Both the position numbers and the translations under genes were made by a program. Positions 1 through 10,251 of a stretch of DNA of 64,000 nt are shown here, piece after piece. This DNA is from an uncultured Clostridia bacterium (GTDB lineage Bacteria > Bacillota > Clostridia > Christensenellales > UBA1242). Each line of letters begins with the position of its first letter. The stretch's first letter is position 1. The notes below the pieces were generated by a model. It was not told the DNA's origin. It did no database searches and saw nothing but the letters and a program-made list of their open reading frames with translations. The DNA lies in contig CALWOV010000004.1 of NCBI GenBank assembly GCA_944383275.1, positions 4,957-68,956 of the forward strand. Direction: 5' to 3'.

Positions 1-200
1 TAATTTTGAATACTTGATTTGTCTTTTGAAGATATAATTAAAATGTCGTTTATCCCACAAGCAATAAGGTCATCAACCAAAAATTGTAACGCTGGTTTAT
101 CAACTATTGGAAACATTTCTTTGGGAATCACTTTTGATACAGGTTTCATTCTTGTTCCAAGACCACCTGCAAGTATAATTGCTTTGTTAATTTTTTTCAT
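1..200 (-). CDS. Sugar-phosphate nucleotidyltransferase, GalU-like (N-terminal part; runs off window edge)
   Basis: Not in the ORF track. Manual translation from ATG at 200 gives MKKINKAIILAGGLGTRMKPVSKVIPKEMFPIVDKPALQFLVDDLIACGI, with the GGxGTRxxP...PKEM.P.VDKP nucleotidyltransferase signature. Confidence 0.85.
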   Translation of the reverse strand, partial: MKKINKAIILAGGLGTRMKPVSKVIPKEMFPIVDKPALQFLVDDLIACGINDILIISSKDKSSIQN

Positions 201-496
201 ACCAAGTATTATATTCAATACTATTTAGTTTTGATAATAATATACTTTTTTTATTAAATTTATAAATTTTTCTATAAAATTTATAATATTTAAATGTAAT
301 ATTATTATGAAAGTAAAAATAAATCATTAAATTGTAATATAATAAATTACTTTTGTTTAAATGGAAATTTTTTGCTATTAAAAAACATTTTATCATTTTG
401 ATAAAATGTTTTTGTTTTATTTAATATAAGGAACATAATATAAAATTCATTAAAATTTAATAAAAATCTTTATTAACTATAAATCTTTATTTTTTA

Positions 497-573
497 TATC
501 ACAGTTTAAATAAATTTTAGTTTTACTTATAAATTGACTAATTAATATTTACAGACAAAACTTTTAACAATAT
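497..573. repeat. Eroded partial copy of the 43-kb structured repeat family
   Basis: tatcacagtttaaataaattttagttttactt...cagacaaaactt resembles the reverse complement of the 43-kb units (catcacagtttgaatKaacatcagttttgctt...cagacaaaacttcc). Confidence 0.55.
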
Positions 574-591
574 TTAATAAAAATTATATTC

Positions 592-1836
592 TTACATTTG
601 AGTATTTGAATTTGATTTTTCAGTATTAATAGATTTCTCAACAATAGCTTTAATATCTTTTGTAGTTTGTTTTTTGTTTTCAGGTTCACTACAAAAGCAA
701 TTTAAACAGTTAGGTTCAAATAATGTTTTTGCTCGTTTTTCATTTAATTTAATATAGTCTTTTGTCTCTTCTTCACTCCAACCATTAATCGCCTTTAATG
801 CTTGTATAAAATCTTTTTCTGTTGGTAGTTTTGGATTTTCTTTTTTGTCTGCATATTTGTTAGTTAATTCTATATATTTTTTAGATATTGCAGCACCACC
901 ACTAATTTCTTGATAAGGTATACAATCATCAATTTCAATCGTTCCTTCTTTAATTTTATCTATATCAGAAAAGGGTAGTAATGCATGGTTTAAATAAGAT
1001 ATATTTTTTATATCTTTTGCAAAAGAACCTGCTTGATAAGCATCCCAACACGAATCGACATAGAAAAGACCATCTATATTATATTTATCGTCTTTTAAAT
1101 AAATTATATTATTAGAATGAGTAAATTTTGAAAGTGTATCTTCTTTTATTTCAGATAATTTAATTTCTTTATCATAAACTGCTAAATCTTGAGATTCACA
1201 TTCTAACCCAACTTGTTGACAAATATATCTTAATAAATTTGAAAAACCTGTGCATACAATTTTATCACCTGTTTCTACTTGCACAATTGAACGAGACCCT
1301 TTGCCTTCTTTATATTTTCTTCCTGCAACATATTGGTATGCCATTAAATATTTTTCAAAAGGAGATAAAGGTTCTCCATTTATTTTAGACTCATTTATTA
1401 ATTTTATTTCTTCATTCATTTTTCTATTAGCAAGAAGAACATCTGTTAATGAAGTTATATCACTATTAAATTCAACTCCATTTTCAGAATATTTATTTTC
1501 TATCAAAAAGTTATGAATATCAACTAATTTATTAGTTTCTTCTTCGTTAAAGCCCACTTTAGAAGAATTAACATTAAAACTTATATTAGCATCAACATTT
1601 TCAATATTTAATATTTGTTTCATTTGCTCACTATTTATTATTTCTAAAATAAATGGTAAATTTAAAATTTGTTCTTTACTAAATATGATTTTAACTCCAT
1701 CATGTTGTGGTAATTTCCCAATACGTTTTAAAATATGGGAATTATTATTTACAATATTACTTACAACATAATCAAGTTGTTTATTTATAGTTATCTTATC
1801 CTCTATGATAAGATTTTCAAGATTTATACTTAACAT
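592..1836 (-). CDS. Orphan protein with transglutaminase-like (Cys-His-Asp) core
   Basis: 414-aa ORF with motifs IVCTGFSNLL, HSNNII and YVDSCWD in the order typical of transglutaminase-like/papain-fold cysteine enzymes; ends -TQM. Confidence 0.6.
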   Translation of the reverse strand: MLSINLENLIIEDKITINKQLDYVVSNIVNNNSHILKRIGKLPQHDGVKIIFSKEQILNLPFILEIINSEQMKQILNIENVDANISFNVNSSKVGFNEEETNKLVDIHNFLIENKYSENGVEFNSDITSLTDVLLANRKMNEEIKLINESKINGEPLSPFEKYLMAYQYVAGRKYKEGKGSRSIVQVETGDKIVCTGFSNLLRYICQQVGLECESQDLAVYDKEIKLSEIKEDTLSKFTHSNNIIYLKDDKYNIDGLFYVDSCWDAYQAGSFAKDIKNISYLNHALLPFSDIDKIKEGTIEIDDCIPYQEISGGAAISKKYIELTNKYADKKENPKLPTEKDFIQALKAINGWSEEETKDYIKLNEKRAKTLFEPNCLNCFCSEPENKKQTTKDIKAIVEKSINTEKSNSNTQM

Positions 1837-1949
1837 ATATTATCAATTTATCCTCCTACTTTTATTTAATTTAGTAAATAAACAAAATTTATCAAACTAT
1901 TAAATTCATTATATAAGCCTAATTATATAAGTAAACTTTATTTGCTTTT

Positions 1950-3005
1950 TTATAATGGAATGCTGGGTTTTGCGCTCATACTTAATTCTGCAGGTTCATA
2001 GGTTTGAAGATTGAAATATGCAAGAGAACCTATCATTGCTGCGTTATCGGTGCAAAGCTCAATATCTGGGAATAATACGGTTACATCATTTTCTTTGCCT
2101 AAATTTTGCAAAGTGTTTCTTAAACATGAGTTTGCTGCAACGCCCCCAGCAAGCACAAGTGTGTTTAAATTGCTATCTTTGCAGGCTTTTATTGCCTTTT
2201 TTGCAACCATTTCTACTGCTTGCTTTTGAAAAGAAGCACAAATGTTAGCAACATCAAGTGATTTACCAGATTGTTTTTGTGTGTTTACATAATTTATTAC
2301 AGCAGTTTTTAGCCCACTGTAACTTACATCATAACTATTTTCAAAAGTGTCGTGTTTTATAAATGTTATGGTTGGCTTGATATCTTTTGCAATTTTATCA
2401 ATTTTAGGCCCACCCGGATAACCTAGCCCCACTACTCGTGCAACTTTATCAAAAGCCTCGCCTATGGCATCATCTTGTGTGCTTCCCAATAATTTAAAAG
2501 AAGTATAATTTTCAACCTTAACAATAGCAGTATGCCCACCACTTACAATTAAGCAGCAAAATGGGGGCGTTAAATTAGGGTGAGAAATATAGTTTGCAGC
2601 AATATGACCTTTTATATGGTTTACTGCAATTAATGGCTTTTCATAGGCATATGCAAGGGCTTTTGCAGTGTTAACGCCAACAAGCAAAGCACCAACAAGC
2701 CCTGCTCCTTGAGTTACTGCAACAACATCTATTTCATTCATTGTTACATTTGCTTTTAAAAGTGCTTGTTCAATAATTGGGTTAATGCTTAAAATATGAT
2801 TTCTACTTGCCACTTCTGGAACAACACCACCAAATCGTGTATGAATATCTATTTGTGAAGAAATTATGTTTGATAATACCTTTCTTCCGTTTTCGACAAC
2901 TGCAACACTTGTTTCATCACAAGAAGTTTCAATAGCAAGAACGCGAACAGTTTTTTGTTCGCGTATTTTTTTAAGTTTCTCTTGCATTTGTTCAAAATAG
3001 GTCAT
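1950..3005 (-). CDS. tsaD: tRNA N6-adenosine threonylcarbamoyltransferase
   Basis: LAIETSCDET, GGVVPEVASRNH, VNHIKGH, DDAIGEAFDK and CTDNAAMI motifs. Confidence 0.96.
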   Translation of the reverse strand: MTYFEQMQEKLKKIREQKTVRVLAIETSCDETSVAVVENGRKVLSNIISSQIDIHTRFGGVVPEVASRNHILSINPIIEQALLKANVTMNEIDVVAVTQGAGLVGALLVGVNTAKALAYAYEKPLIAVNHIKGHIAANYISHPNLTPPFCCLIVSGGHTAIVKVENYTSFKLLGSTQDDAIGEAFDKVARVVGLGYPGGPKIDKIAKDIKPTITFIKHDTFENSYDVSYSGLKTAVINYVNTQKQSGKSLDVANICASFQKQAVEMVAKKAIKACKDSNLNTLVLAGGVAANSCLRNTLQNLGKENDVTVLFPDIELCTDNAAMIGSLAYFNLQTYEPAELSMSAKPSIPL

Positions 3006-3167
3006 TAGTATTTCAATTCTTCTCCTGTTATATTATTAAAATTCTATGTTAACAAACTATATTTCTTATGAATTATTTTGCATTAATTTTATTTATGGTT
3101 ATTGTTTTTAAAGCAAAATAAAACTTTAACATTTACTTTTAAAGTTTATCACACACAGAATTTAAAG

Positions 3168-4265
3168 TCAAGTTGCTGATTTTTTAAGATATTCTTCGAT
3201 AAATGGTTGAATTTTACCATTCATAACGCCGGTTGTATCGCTTGTTTCGTAATCTGTTCTGTGGTCTTTTACCATATTATATGGGTGAAAAACATAACTT
3301 CGTATTTGACTTCCCCATTCAATTTTCTTTAAATCGCCTTGAATTTTATTAAGGTCTTTTTGTTGTTGTTCTTCTTGCAGTTGTGCAAGTTTAGATTTTA
3401 AAACATTTATGGCTGTTTCTTTGTTTTGAATTTGACTTCTTTCATTTTGGCATTGAACAACTATTCCTGTCGGTATATGTTTAACTCTTACTGCTGAGTC
3501 AGTGGTGTTAACACCTTGCCCACCACAGCCACCACTGTGAAAGGTATCTATTTTTAAATCTTCTGGTTTAATTTCTATTTCGTTATCATTTTTAATTTCT
3601 GGAATAACTTCAACGGACGCAAAACTTGTATGTCTTCTAGCGTTACTATCGAAAGGCGAAATTCTAACCAATCTATGAACTCCCTTTTCTGCTTTTAAAT
3701 AGCCATAGGCATTTTCGCCTTCAATTTTTAAAGTTACACCTTTAATTCCTGCGCCATCGCCTTCAGTTATATCTAATATTTCAGCTTGATAGCCACGCAA
3801 AGCAACATAGCGTTGATACATTCGCAAAAGCATTTCTGCCCAATCTTGCGCCTCGGTTCCACCTGCACCTGCTTGAATTGTTAATAAAGCATTGCAATTA
3901 TCATATTTCCCATTAAGCAAAGCTTCAATTCTTGCTGAGGCTGTATCTTTTTCTAAATTATTTATTGCTAGTTCTAGTTCATAAATTATTGATTGTTCAT
4001 CATCTTTACATTCGTTTGCTAAAAATTCTATTGATTGATAATCGTTTACAAGTTTTGATATTTGAGTTATTTTTCTATCAATAGAAGCAATTTGTTTACC
4101 GACCTGTTGCACTTTTTTCATATCACTAAAAAAGTCGGGGGCGTTTTGTTGCTCTTCTAAATCTGCCTTTTCTTGTTTTAATTTATCTATTGGAAAAATC
4201 GCTTGAATAATATCAAGCGATTTTTTTATAATATTAAGTTTCTCTTTAATATCATCAATTGTCAT
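3168..4265 (-). CDS. prfB: Peptide chain release factor 2 (continuous ORF, no programmed frameshift)
   Basis: GAGGTEAQDWAEML, SPF tripeptide (RISPFD), GGQ motif and IEWGSQIRSY; lies directly downstream of secA. Confidence 0.96.
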   Translation of the reverse strand: MTIDDIKEKLNIIKKSLDIIQAIFPIDKLKQEKADLEEQQNAPDFFSDMKKVQQVGKQIASIDRKITQISKLVNDYQSIEFLANECKDDEQSIIYELELAINNLEKDTASARIEALLNGKYDNCNALLTIQAGAGGTEAQDWAEMLLRMYQRYVALRGYQAEILDITEGDGAGIKGVTLKIEGENAYGYLKAEKGVHRLVRISPFDSNARRHTSFASVEVIPEIKNDNEIEIKPEDLKIDTFHSGGCGGQGVNTTDSAVRVKHIPTGIVVQCQNERSQIQNKETAINVLKSKLAQLQEEQQQKDLNKIQGDLKKIEWGSQIRSYVFHPYNMVKDHRTDYETSDTTGVMNGKIQPFIEEYLKKSAT

Positions 4266-4267
4266 AA

Positions 4268-6970
4268 CTATTTACCACAACAATTTTTATATTTTTTACC
4301 ACTTCCACAAGGGCAAGGATCATTTCTTCCAACAGTTTTTTCTGTGTTTACAACTGTTTTTTGACGCTCGGTTTTTGCTGGTTTATTTCCACTTGATGCA
4401 ACAAGTTCTGTTGGCTTTGGTGCTGCTGGTCTTATTTGAATTGTTGGTCGCTCTAGGTGCAAAAGAACTTTTGAAATATTTTCACGAATTTTAGTTATCA
4501 TTTGGTCAAACATTTCAAAACCTTCGCGTTTATATGCAATTATTGGGTCTTGACGACCAAAACTTTGTGCCCCAATTTCGTGGCGCAAGGTTGTCATTGC
4601 ATCAATGTGTTCCATCCACGCACGGTCAACAATTTGCAACATTATTGCGCGTTCTAGCACTTCAAAATTAATTGCACCTGCCAAAATGTCTTCGCGTTTT
4701 GCTTCATAGCGTTTATTAACTTCTTCAATAATTTTATCACGCAATTCTTCAAAACTTATGTCTTCAAGCATATCTTGTGTTACAAAGTTTTCACCCTTGT
4801 TTAAAACAGTGTCTTCAAGTGAGTGGTTAATTTCTTCGATGTCCCACTCGAAACTTGGTTTATCTAGATTAACACTTGACATTAACGCGTTTGTTATAAC
4901 TTCTGGGAACATATCTAAAATTTCTGCGTGAACATCTACGCCGTCTAGAATTTTATTTCTTTCATCATAAATAATTGTTCTTTGTTTGTTAATAACATCG
5001 TCATATTCAATTAGGTGTCGTCTTATAGAATAGTGATTTGCTTCAACTCGTTTCTGAGCAGCTTCTATTTGTCTTGATAAAATTTTTAATTGGAATGAAG
5101 TGTCTTCATCAATACGGAAAAACTCGCTTATGCGTTTTAGCCTGTCGCCCCCAAACAAACGAATAAGGTCATCTTCTAGTGAAATATAGAATACTGAACG
5201 ACCTTTATCGCCTTGACGACCAGCACGACCACGCAACTGATTATCTATTCTTCGGCTTTCGTGGCGTTCTGTTCCGATTATAAGTAACCCACCAGCATCA
5301 ATAACTTTTGCCTTTTCTTCATCGGTTTGTTGTTTGATTTCATCGTAAATCTTTTTATATTCGTCTTTTGCTTTTTGCTCTTCTTCATCTTCTGCTGGCA
5401 AGAAAGATACAGCCTTTTCTATTTGGTCGTGTGTGTAACCTTTTTTAGCCATTTTTGCTTTTGCTAGATATTCTGGGTTACCACCAAGCAAAATGTCGGT
5501 TCCACGACCTGCCATATTGGTTGCAATTGTTACCATTCCATAACGACCAGCCTGCGCAACAATTTCACCTTCTTGTGCGTGATTTTTTGCGTTTAAAACA
5601 TTATGTGGTATTTTTTTCTCTTTTAAAAGTTTGCTTAGTTGCTCACTTTTATCAATAGTAATAGTTCCGACAAGCACAGGTTGACCAGTGCTGTGTGCTT
5701 CTTCTATTCGGCTTACAACTGCTTTCAATTTACCTGAAATTGTTGTGTAAACAGCATCTGGCTCATCAATACGCTGACTTGGAACATTGGTTGGTATTGT
5801 TACAACATCTAGCCCATAGATTTTGTTAAATTCGCCTTCTTCTGTTTTTGCAGTTCCTGTCATACCACTTAATTTTTTATACATACGGAAGTAGTTTTGC
5901 AATGTTATAGTTGCAACAGTTAGCATTTCATCTTTAATTTCAACGCCTTCTTTTGCTTCAACTGCTTGGTGCAAACCGTTTGAATATCTTCTGCCTTCCA
6001 TAACACGCCCTGTAAACTCATCAACCAACAAAACTGCGCCATCTTTTACAATATAATCACTGTCGCGTTTCATCATATAATTTGCACGCAATGCGTTCAT
6101 TATATGCTGGTTAAGTTCCAAACAATTAACATCACTTAAACTTTCAACACCAAAATATCTTTCTGCTTTTTCAGTTCCTTGCTCTGTTAAGTGAATTGCT
6201 TTCTTTTCTTCATCAACAGCATAGTCTTCATCTCTGCGCAAAGTTTTTATAAAGCGTTGTGCTTTAACATAGTTATCACTGCTTTTAAAACCTCTGCCAC
6301 TTATAATTAATGGAGTTCTTGCTTCATCAATTAAAATACTATCTACCTCATCGATAATGGCAAAATTATAACCACGCATCATTCTGTCGTTTTTATTTAT
6401 TGCCATATTGTCGCGCAAATAGTCAAACCCTAGCTCACTGTTAGTGCTGTAGGTTATATCACAAGCATATGCTGTCCTTTTTTGTTCAGGCGACATTTGT
6501 GAAAAACTGCACCCAACAGTTAGCCCAAGAAATTTATGAACTTTACCCATCCAATCGGCATCACGACCTGCCAAATATTCGTTAACAGTTACAATGTGAA
6601 CACCTTTTCCTGATAAAGCGTTAAGATATGCTGGCAAAGTTGCAACCAATGTTTTACCTTCACCTGTTTTCATTTCGGCAATACGACCTTGATGAAGTAC
6701 AATTCCACCAATAATTTGAACATGGAAAGGTTTCATATTTAAAACACGGTAACTTGCTTCTCTTACAACAGCAAAAGCATCAAACAAAATATCATCTAAG
6801 GTTTCGCCATTTTTTAATCTTTCTTTTAACACATTTGTTTGATTTCTTAATTCATCATTAGTCATTGCTTGATATTTTGGCTCTAAATCTTCAACCTTCT
6901 TAGCCAATTTTTCAAGTTTCTTTAAATGTCTTTTATTATCAGATTCAAATAACCACATAAAACTCTCCAA
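4268..6970 (-). CDS. secA: Preprotein translocase subunit SecA
   Basis: MKTGEGKT, DEVDSILIDEARTPLIISG, ATNMAGRGTDI and C-terminal GRNDPCPCGSGKKYKNCCG. Confidence 0.98.
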   Translation of the reverse strand: MESFMWLFESDNKRHLKKLEKLAKKVEDLEPKYQAMTNDELRNQTNVLKERLKNGETLDDILFDAFAVVREASYRVLNMKPFHVQIIGGIVLHQGRIAEMKTGEGKTLVATLPAYLNALSGKGVHIVTVNEYLAGRDADWMGKVHKFLGLTVGCSFSQMSPEQKRTAYACDITYSTNSELGFDYLRDNMAINKNDRMMRGYNFAIIDEVDSILIDEARTPLIISGRGFKSSDNYVKAQRFIKTLRRDEDYAVDEEKKAIHLTEQGTEKAERYFGVESLSDVNCLELNQHIMNALRANYMMKRDSDYIVKDGAVLLVDEFTGRVMEGRRYSNGLHQAVEAKEGVEIKDEMLTVATITLQNYFRMYKKLSGMTGTAKTEEGEFNKIYGLDVVTIPTNVPSQRIDEPDAVYTTISGKLKAVVSRIEEAHSTGQPVLVGTITIDKSEQLSKLLKEKKIPHNVLNAKNHAQEGEIVAQAGRYGMVTIATNMAGRGTDILLGGNPEYLAKAKMAKKGYTHDQIEKAVSFLPAEDEEEQKAKDEYKKIYDEIKQQTDEEKAKVIDAGGLLIIGTERHESRRIDNQLRGRAGRQGDKGRSVFYISLEDDLIRLFGGDRLKRISEFFRIDEDTSFQLKILSRQIEAAQKRVEANHYSIRRHLIEYDDVINKQRTIIYDERNKILDGVDVHAEILDMFPEVITNALMSSVNLDKPSFEWDIEEINHSLEDTVLNKGENFVTQDMLEDISFEELRDKIIEEVNKRYEAKREDILAGAINFEVLERAIMLQIVDRAWMEHIDAMTTLRHEIGAQSFGRQDPIIAYKREGFEMFDQMITKIRENISKVLLHLERPTIQIRPAAPKPTELVASSGNKPAKTERQKTVVNTEKTVGRNDPCPCGSGKKYKNCCGK

Positions 6971-6989
6971 AAAATAAATACAAAATAAA

Positions 6990-7138
6990 ATAAACTGTGT
7001 GATGCAATTAAATAAATTTTAAGTTGTGAAAGCACAACAACTACAATAAATTGTAGTATCACAAGTTTTAATTCGGCGTCGTTTTGGTAATATAATTATA
7101 TTAAATTATACTATGCACAAAACTTCATTGAATATAAA
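6990..7138. repeat. Single full-length eroded copy of the 43-kb structured repeat in the secA leader
   Basis: ataaactgtgtgatg-[hairpins]-atcacaagttttaattcggcgtcgttttg-[hairpin]-cacaaaacttcattgaatataaa is collinear with the reverse complement of the 43-kb unit. Confidence 0.65.
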
Positions 7139-7183
7139 AGTATTATATACCAAAACGCATAAAAAGAAAAGAGATTTTTAGTA

Positions 7184-8008
7184 TTAAATAAGTTTTTTGT
7201 TTGAATCTAACCCCTTTTCTTGTGGAATTTTGACAGAAGTGCGCGCAACTGACAAAACATAAACTGTTTTTGCACCTGCATTTTTCAAAACTTTTGAACA
7301 AACATTTGCAGTTGCACAAGTTGTTACAATGTCATCTATTAAAAGAACAGTTTTGTCTTTAATGCTTTGTTTATCTTTAACTTTAAAACTTTTTAATAAA
7401 TTGGTTTGTCTTTCTGAATAATTAAGTTTTGCTTGCTGAGATGTGTCGTTTATTTTCTCTAACACATCAGTGTTTAAAGTTAAGTTAGTGTATTTACAAA
7501 AACTTTTTGTTAAAAGTTCGGCTTGATTATACCCTCTCCATTTCAACCTTTTTGCACTTAACGGAACAGGAATGACTACATCAATTTTCCAATTTAATGT
7601 TTTAAATAATTCAGCCATTTCTGCACCCAAAGTTTCGGCTAGATATGGCTTATTGCTGAATTTTAAATTAAGAATTAATTTTTTAACATTGTCTTTATAG
7701 ATGAAAACCGAACGACTTTCAACAAACTCTCTTTTAGAGCTTTTACAACTTATACAAAAATCAGACATACCACTGATGTCTGTTCCACATACTTTACATA
7801 TTTTATAATTTTTAAGATATGGAAGTTTTTGTTTACAATGTTCGCAGAACTCTATATCGGCTGGCTTTACTAAATCTCTACCACAACAAACACATTTTAT
7901 TTTAGATGGAAAGAAAAGTTTACAAAACATTTCCCACAAATTTACAAAAAATTTTTTGAATTTATTGTTGGGTTTACTTGTTTTCTCATTTAAACTTATT
8001 TTGGTCAT
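7184..8008 (-). CDS. ComF family protein (double zinc ribbon plus PRTase domain)
   Basis: Four CxxC pairs, VPLS...RGYNQA and LIDDIVTT. Confidence 0.9.
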   Translation of the reverse strand: MTKISLNEKTSKPNNKFKKFFVNLWEMFCKLFFPSKIKCVCCGRDLVKPADIEFCEHCKQKLPYLKNYKICKVCGTDISGMSDFCISCKSSKREFVESRSVFIYKDNVKKLILNLKFSNKPYLAETLGAEMAELFKTLNWKIDVVIPVPLSAKRLKWRGYNQAELLTKSFCKYTNLTLNTDVLEKINDTSQQAKLNYSERQTNLLKSFKVKDKQSIKDKTVLLIDDIVTTCATANVCSKVLKNAGAKTVYVLSVARTSVKIPQEKGLDSNKKLI

Positions 8009-10251
8009 GACAGCAAAAACTCCATATTATCTTTTTGCTCTTTTAAAAAGGTTTTAAGCGCGCTATATCGTTTTGCTGTATAATTATTATCTACCATAAA
8101 CTTTAAATGAAACTTTTGCCCAACTAGAACCACCATTTTTTTAGCACGAGTTACAGCCGTATAGAGCAAATTTCTTGATAGAATTGTTGGCACGCCCCCA
8201 ATAACTGGCATTATTACAACATCAAACTCGCTTCCTTGACTTTTGTGCACAGTTATTGCATAACTTAGCGTTAATTGTGCTAAATCAGGTTTTGCATATT
8301 CTGCAATTCTACCGTCATCAAAAGTGATTTCAACTCGTTCTTGTTGACGAAATATGTTTGTTATAAAGCCAATATCTCCGTTAAAAACTGCTTCACCTAT
8401 TTCCCACGCTTTTCCGTTAGGCTTTTTCCATTCTATATTATAGTTGTTAACGGTTTGCATAACCTTATCGCCAAGTCTAAAAATTGTGTTTCCATATATA
8501 ATTTCTAATTTATCTGCGTGTGCAGGGTTTAAGGTTTGTTGCAGTTTGTTATTTAAGTTTTCTACGCCACAAACGCCCTGCCTTAATGGTGCTAGAACCT
8601 GTATTTTAAGTGGTTCAATATTCAAAAACCTTGGAATTCGTTTAGATTGCATTTCAACTATGGTGTTTGCAATGTCTATTTGCTCTTTTCGTTGCTCAAA
8701 GAAAAAGTCGTTGCTTGTGTTATCTAGTTTTGGCATTTGACCATTATTTATTAGATGTGCATTTGTAACAATTAAACTTTTTTCACTTTGCCTATAAATT
8801 TGGGTTAAATTGTGGCATTGAATTACATTTGATGAAATTATATCTGCAAGCACATTTCCTGCACCTACACTTGCAAGTTGATTTTTATCACCAACAAGTA
8901 AAAGTTTTGTGCTTGGTTTTAATGCACTTAAAAGATTTGCTGCTAGAACAACATCTACCATTGAAACTTCATCAACAATAACAGCATCATAAGGTAATCG
9001 ATTTCTTTCATTATGCACAAAAACAGTATCATCATCTTCAAGGTTTGCTTTGGTGTGGTCAACAAGCAATGCTCGGTGAATTGTGCTTGCCTCATAACCA
9101 CAACTTTCGCTCATTCGTTTCGCTGCCCTTCCTGTTGGTGCAAGTAAGGCAACTTTTTTGTGTTGATTTTGTAAAATGCTTAATATACATCTTATAATTG
9201 TTGTCTTTCCTGTTCCTGGCCCACCTGTTATAACACAAACACCTTGGTTAATTGCAAGTTCGATGGCAGACCGTTGGTCTTGATGAAATTTAATGTCATT
9301 TGCTTTTTCAAATTCATCTATTTCAGCAGCAAGGTCTAGGTGTAAATTGGGCGCTTCACTTGACATTCTAACTAGTCGTTGTGCCAATTTTCGTTCAACA
9401 GAATAGTATTTATCAAGCATTATACAAGGTTCACCATCAAACTCAACTTCTTTAATTAAACCATCGAACACTAAACGAACAATAACTGTTGAAAGTAGGT
9501 CGGAATAATTATCAAAATCTAAACCCAAAAGTTTAGATAAGTGTTTTACCATTTCTTCTTTTGGCAAATATGTGTTGCCATCTTTTTCTGAACTTTCTTT
9601 TAATATATGCAAAATTCCTGCACGAACTCGGAACTCGCTATCTTGGGCTATTCCTAACTTTTGCGCAATCTTATCTGCTGTTGAAAAGCCTATTCGAGAA
9701 ATATCTTCTACTAATTTATAGGGGTTTGTTTGAACTATATTTAGTGTATCATTTTGATAATATGAAAAAATTTTAATTGCAAGGTTGGTTGAAATGTTGT
9801 GTTGTTGAAGAAAAATAATTACATCTTGCATATTTTTAATTTCTAAAAAGCGTCTGCCAATTTCTGCGGCTTTTGTTAAACTTATTCCCCTGATATCTGC
9901 AAGTTTAAGGGGGTTATACTCTATAACTTCAAGTGCTTTTTCACCAAACTCTTGCACGATTGCCCTTGCTGTTACGGGGCCTATGCCAGAAATAAGCCCA
10001 CTTGCAAGATATTTTTCTATGCTTTCTTTCCCTGTTGGTTCGCTTATTTCAAAAGAACTAACAGAAAATTGTTCTCCCCATTTTTGTGAAGAAACGAAAT
10101 TACCTGTTGCACTTACAACTTGTCCTTCACTTAAATTGGGCAACTTACCAACTATGGTAATCAACTCGCCATTACAATCTATATCAGCAACAGTCCAGCC
10201 ATTTTCTTTGTTTTGAAACACTATGTGTTCAACATTACCCTTAACTACCAT
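8005..10251 (-). CDS. recD2: ATP-dependent RecD-like helicase
   Basis: GIGPVTA HhH region, TGGPGTGKTT, LAPTGRAAKR, VDEVSM and YAITVHKSQGSE. Confidence 0.93.
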   Translation of the reverse strand: MVVKGNVEHIVFQNKENGWTVADIDCNGELITIVGKLPNLSEGQVVSATGNFVSSQKWGEQFSVSSFEISEPTGKESIEKYLASGLISGIGPVTARAIVQEFGEKALEVIEYNPLKLADIRGISLTKAAEIGRRFLEIKNMQDVIIFLQQHNISTNLAIKIFSYYQNDTLNIVQTNPYKLVEDISRIGFSTADKIAQKLGIAQDSEFRVRAGILHILKESSEKDGNTYLPKEEMVKHLSKLLGLDFDNYSDLLSTVIVRLVFDGLIKEVEFDGEPCIMLDKYYSVERKLAQRLVRMSSEAPNLHLDLAAEIDEFEKANDIKFHQDQRSAIELAINQGVCVITGGPGTGKTTIIRCILSILQNQHKKVALLAPTGRAAKRMSESCGYEASTIHRALLVDHTKANLEDDDTVFVHNERNRLPYDAVIVDEVSMVDVVLAANLLSALKPSTKLLLVGDKNQLASVGAGNVLADIISSNVIQCHNLTQIYRQSEKSLIVTNAHLINNGQMPKLDNTSNDFFFEQRKEQIDIANTIVEMQSKRIPRFLNIEPLKIQVLAPLRQGVCGVENLNNKLQQTLNPAHADKLEIIYGNTIFRLGDKVMQTVNNYNIEWKKPNGKAWEIGEAVFNGDIGFITNIFRQQERVEITFDDGRIAEYAKPDLAQLTLSYAITVHKSQGSEFDVVIMPVIGGVPTILSRNLLYTAVTRAKKMVVLVGQKFHLKFMVDNNYTAKRYSALKTFLKEQKDNMEFLLS

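Noticed and set aside
19-396. ORFs 19-228 (+) and 187-396 (-)
   Set aside because: The first is antisense to the nucleotidyltransferase; the second is low-complexity AT-rich intergenic sequence.
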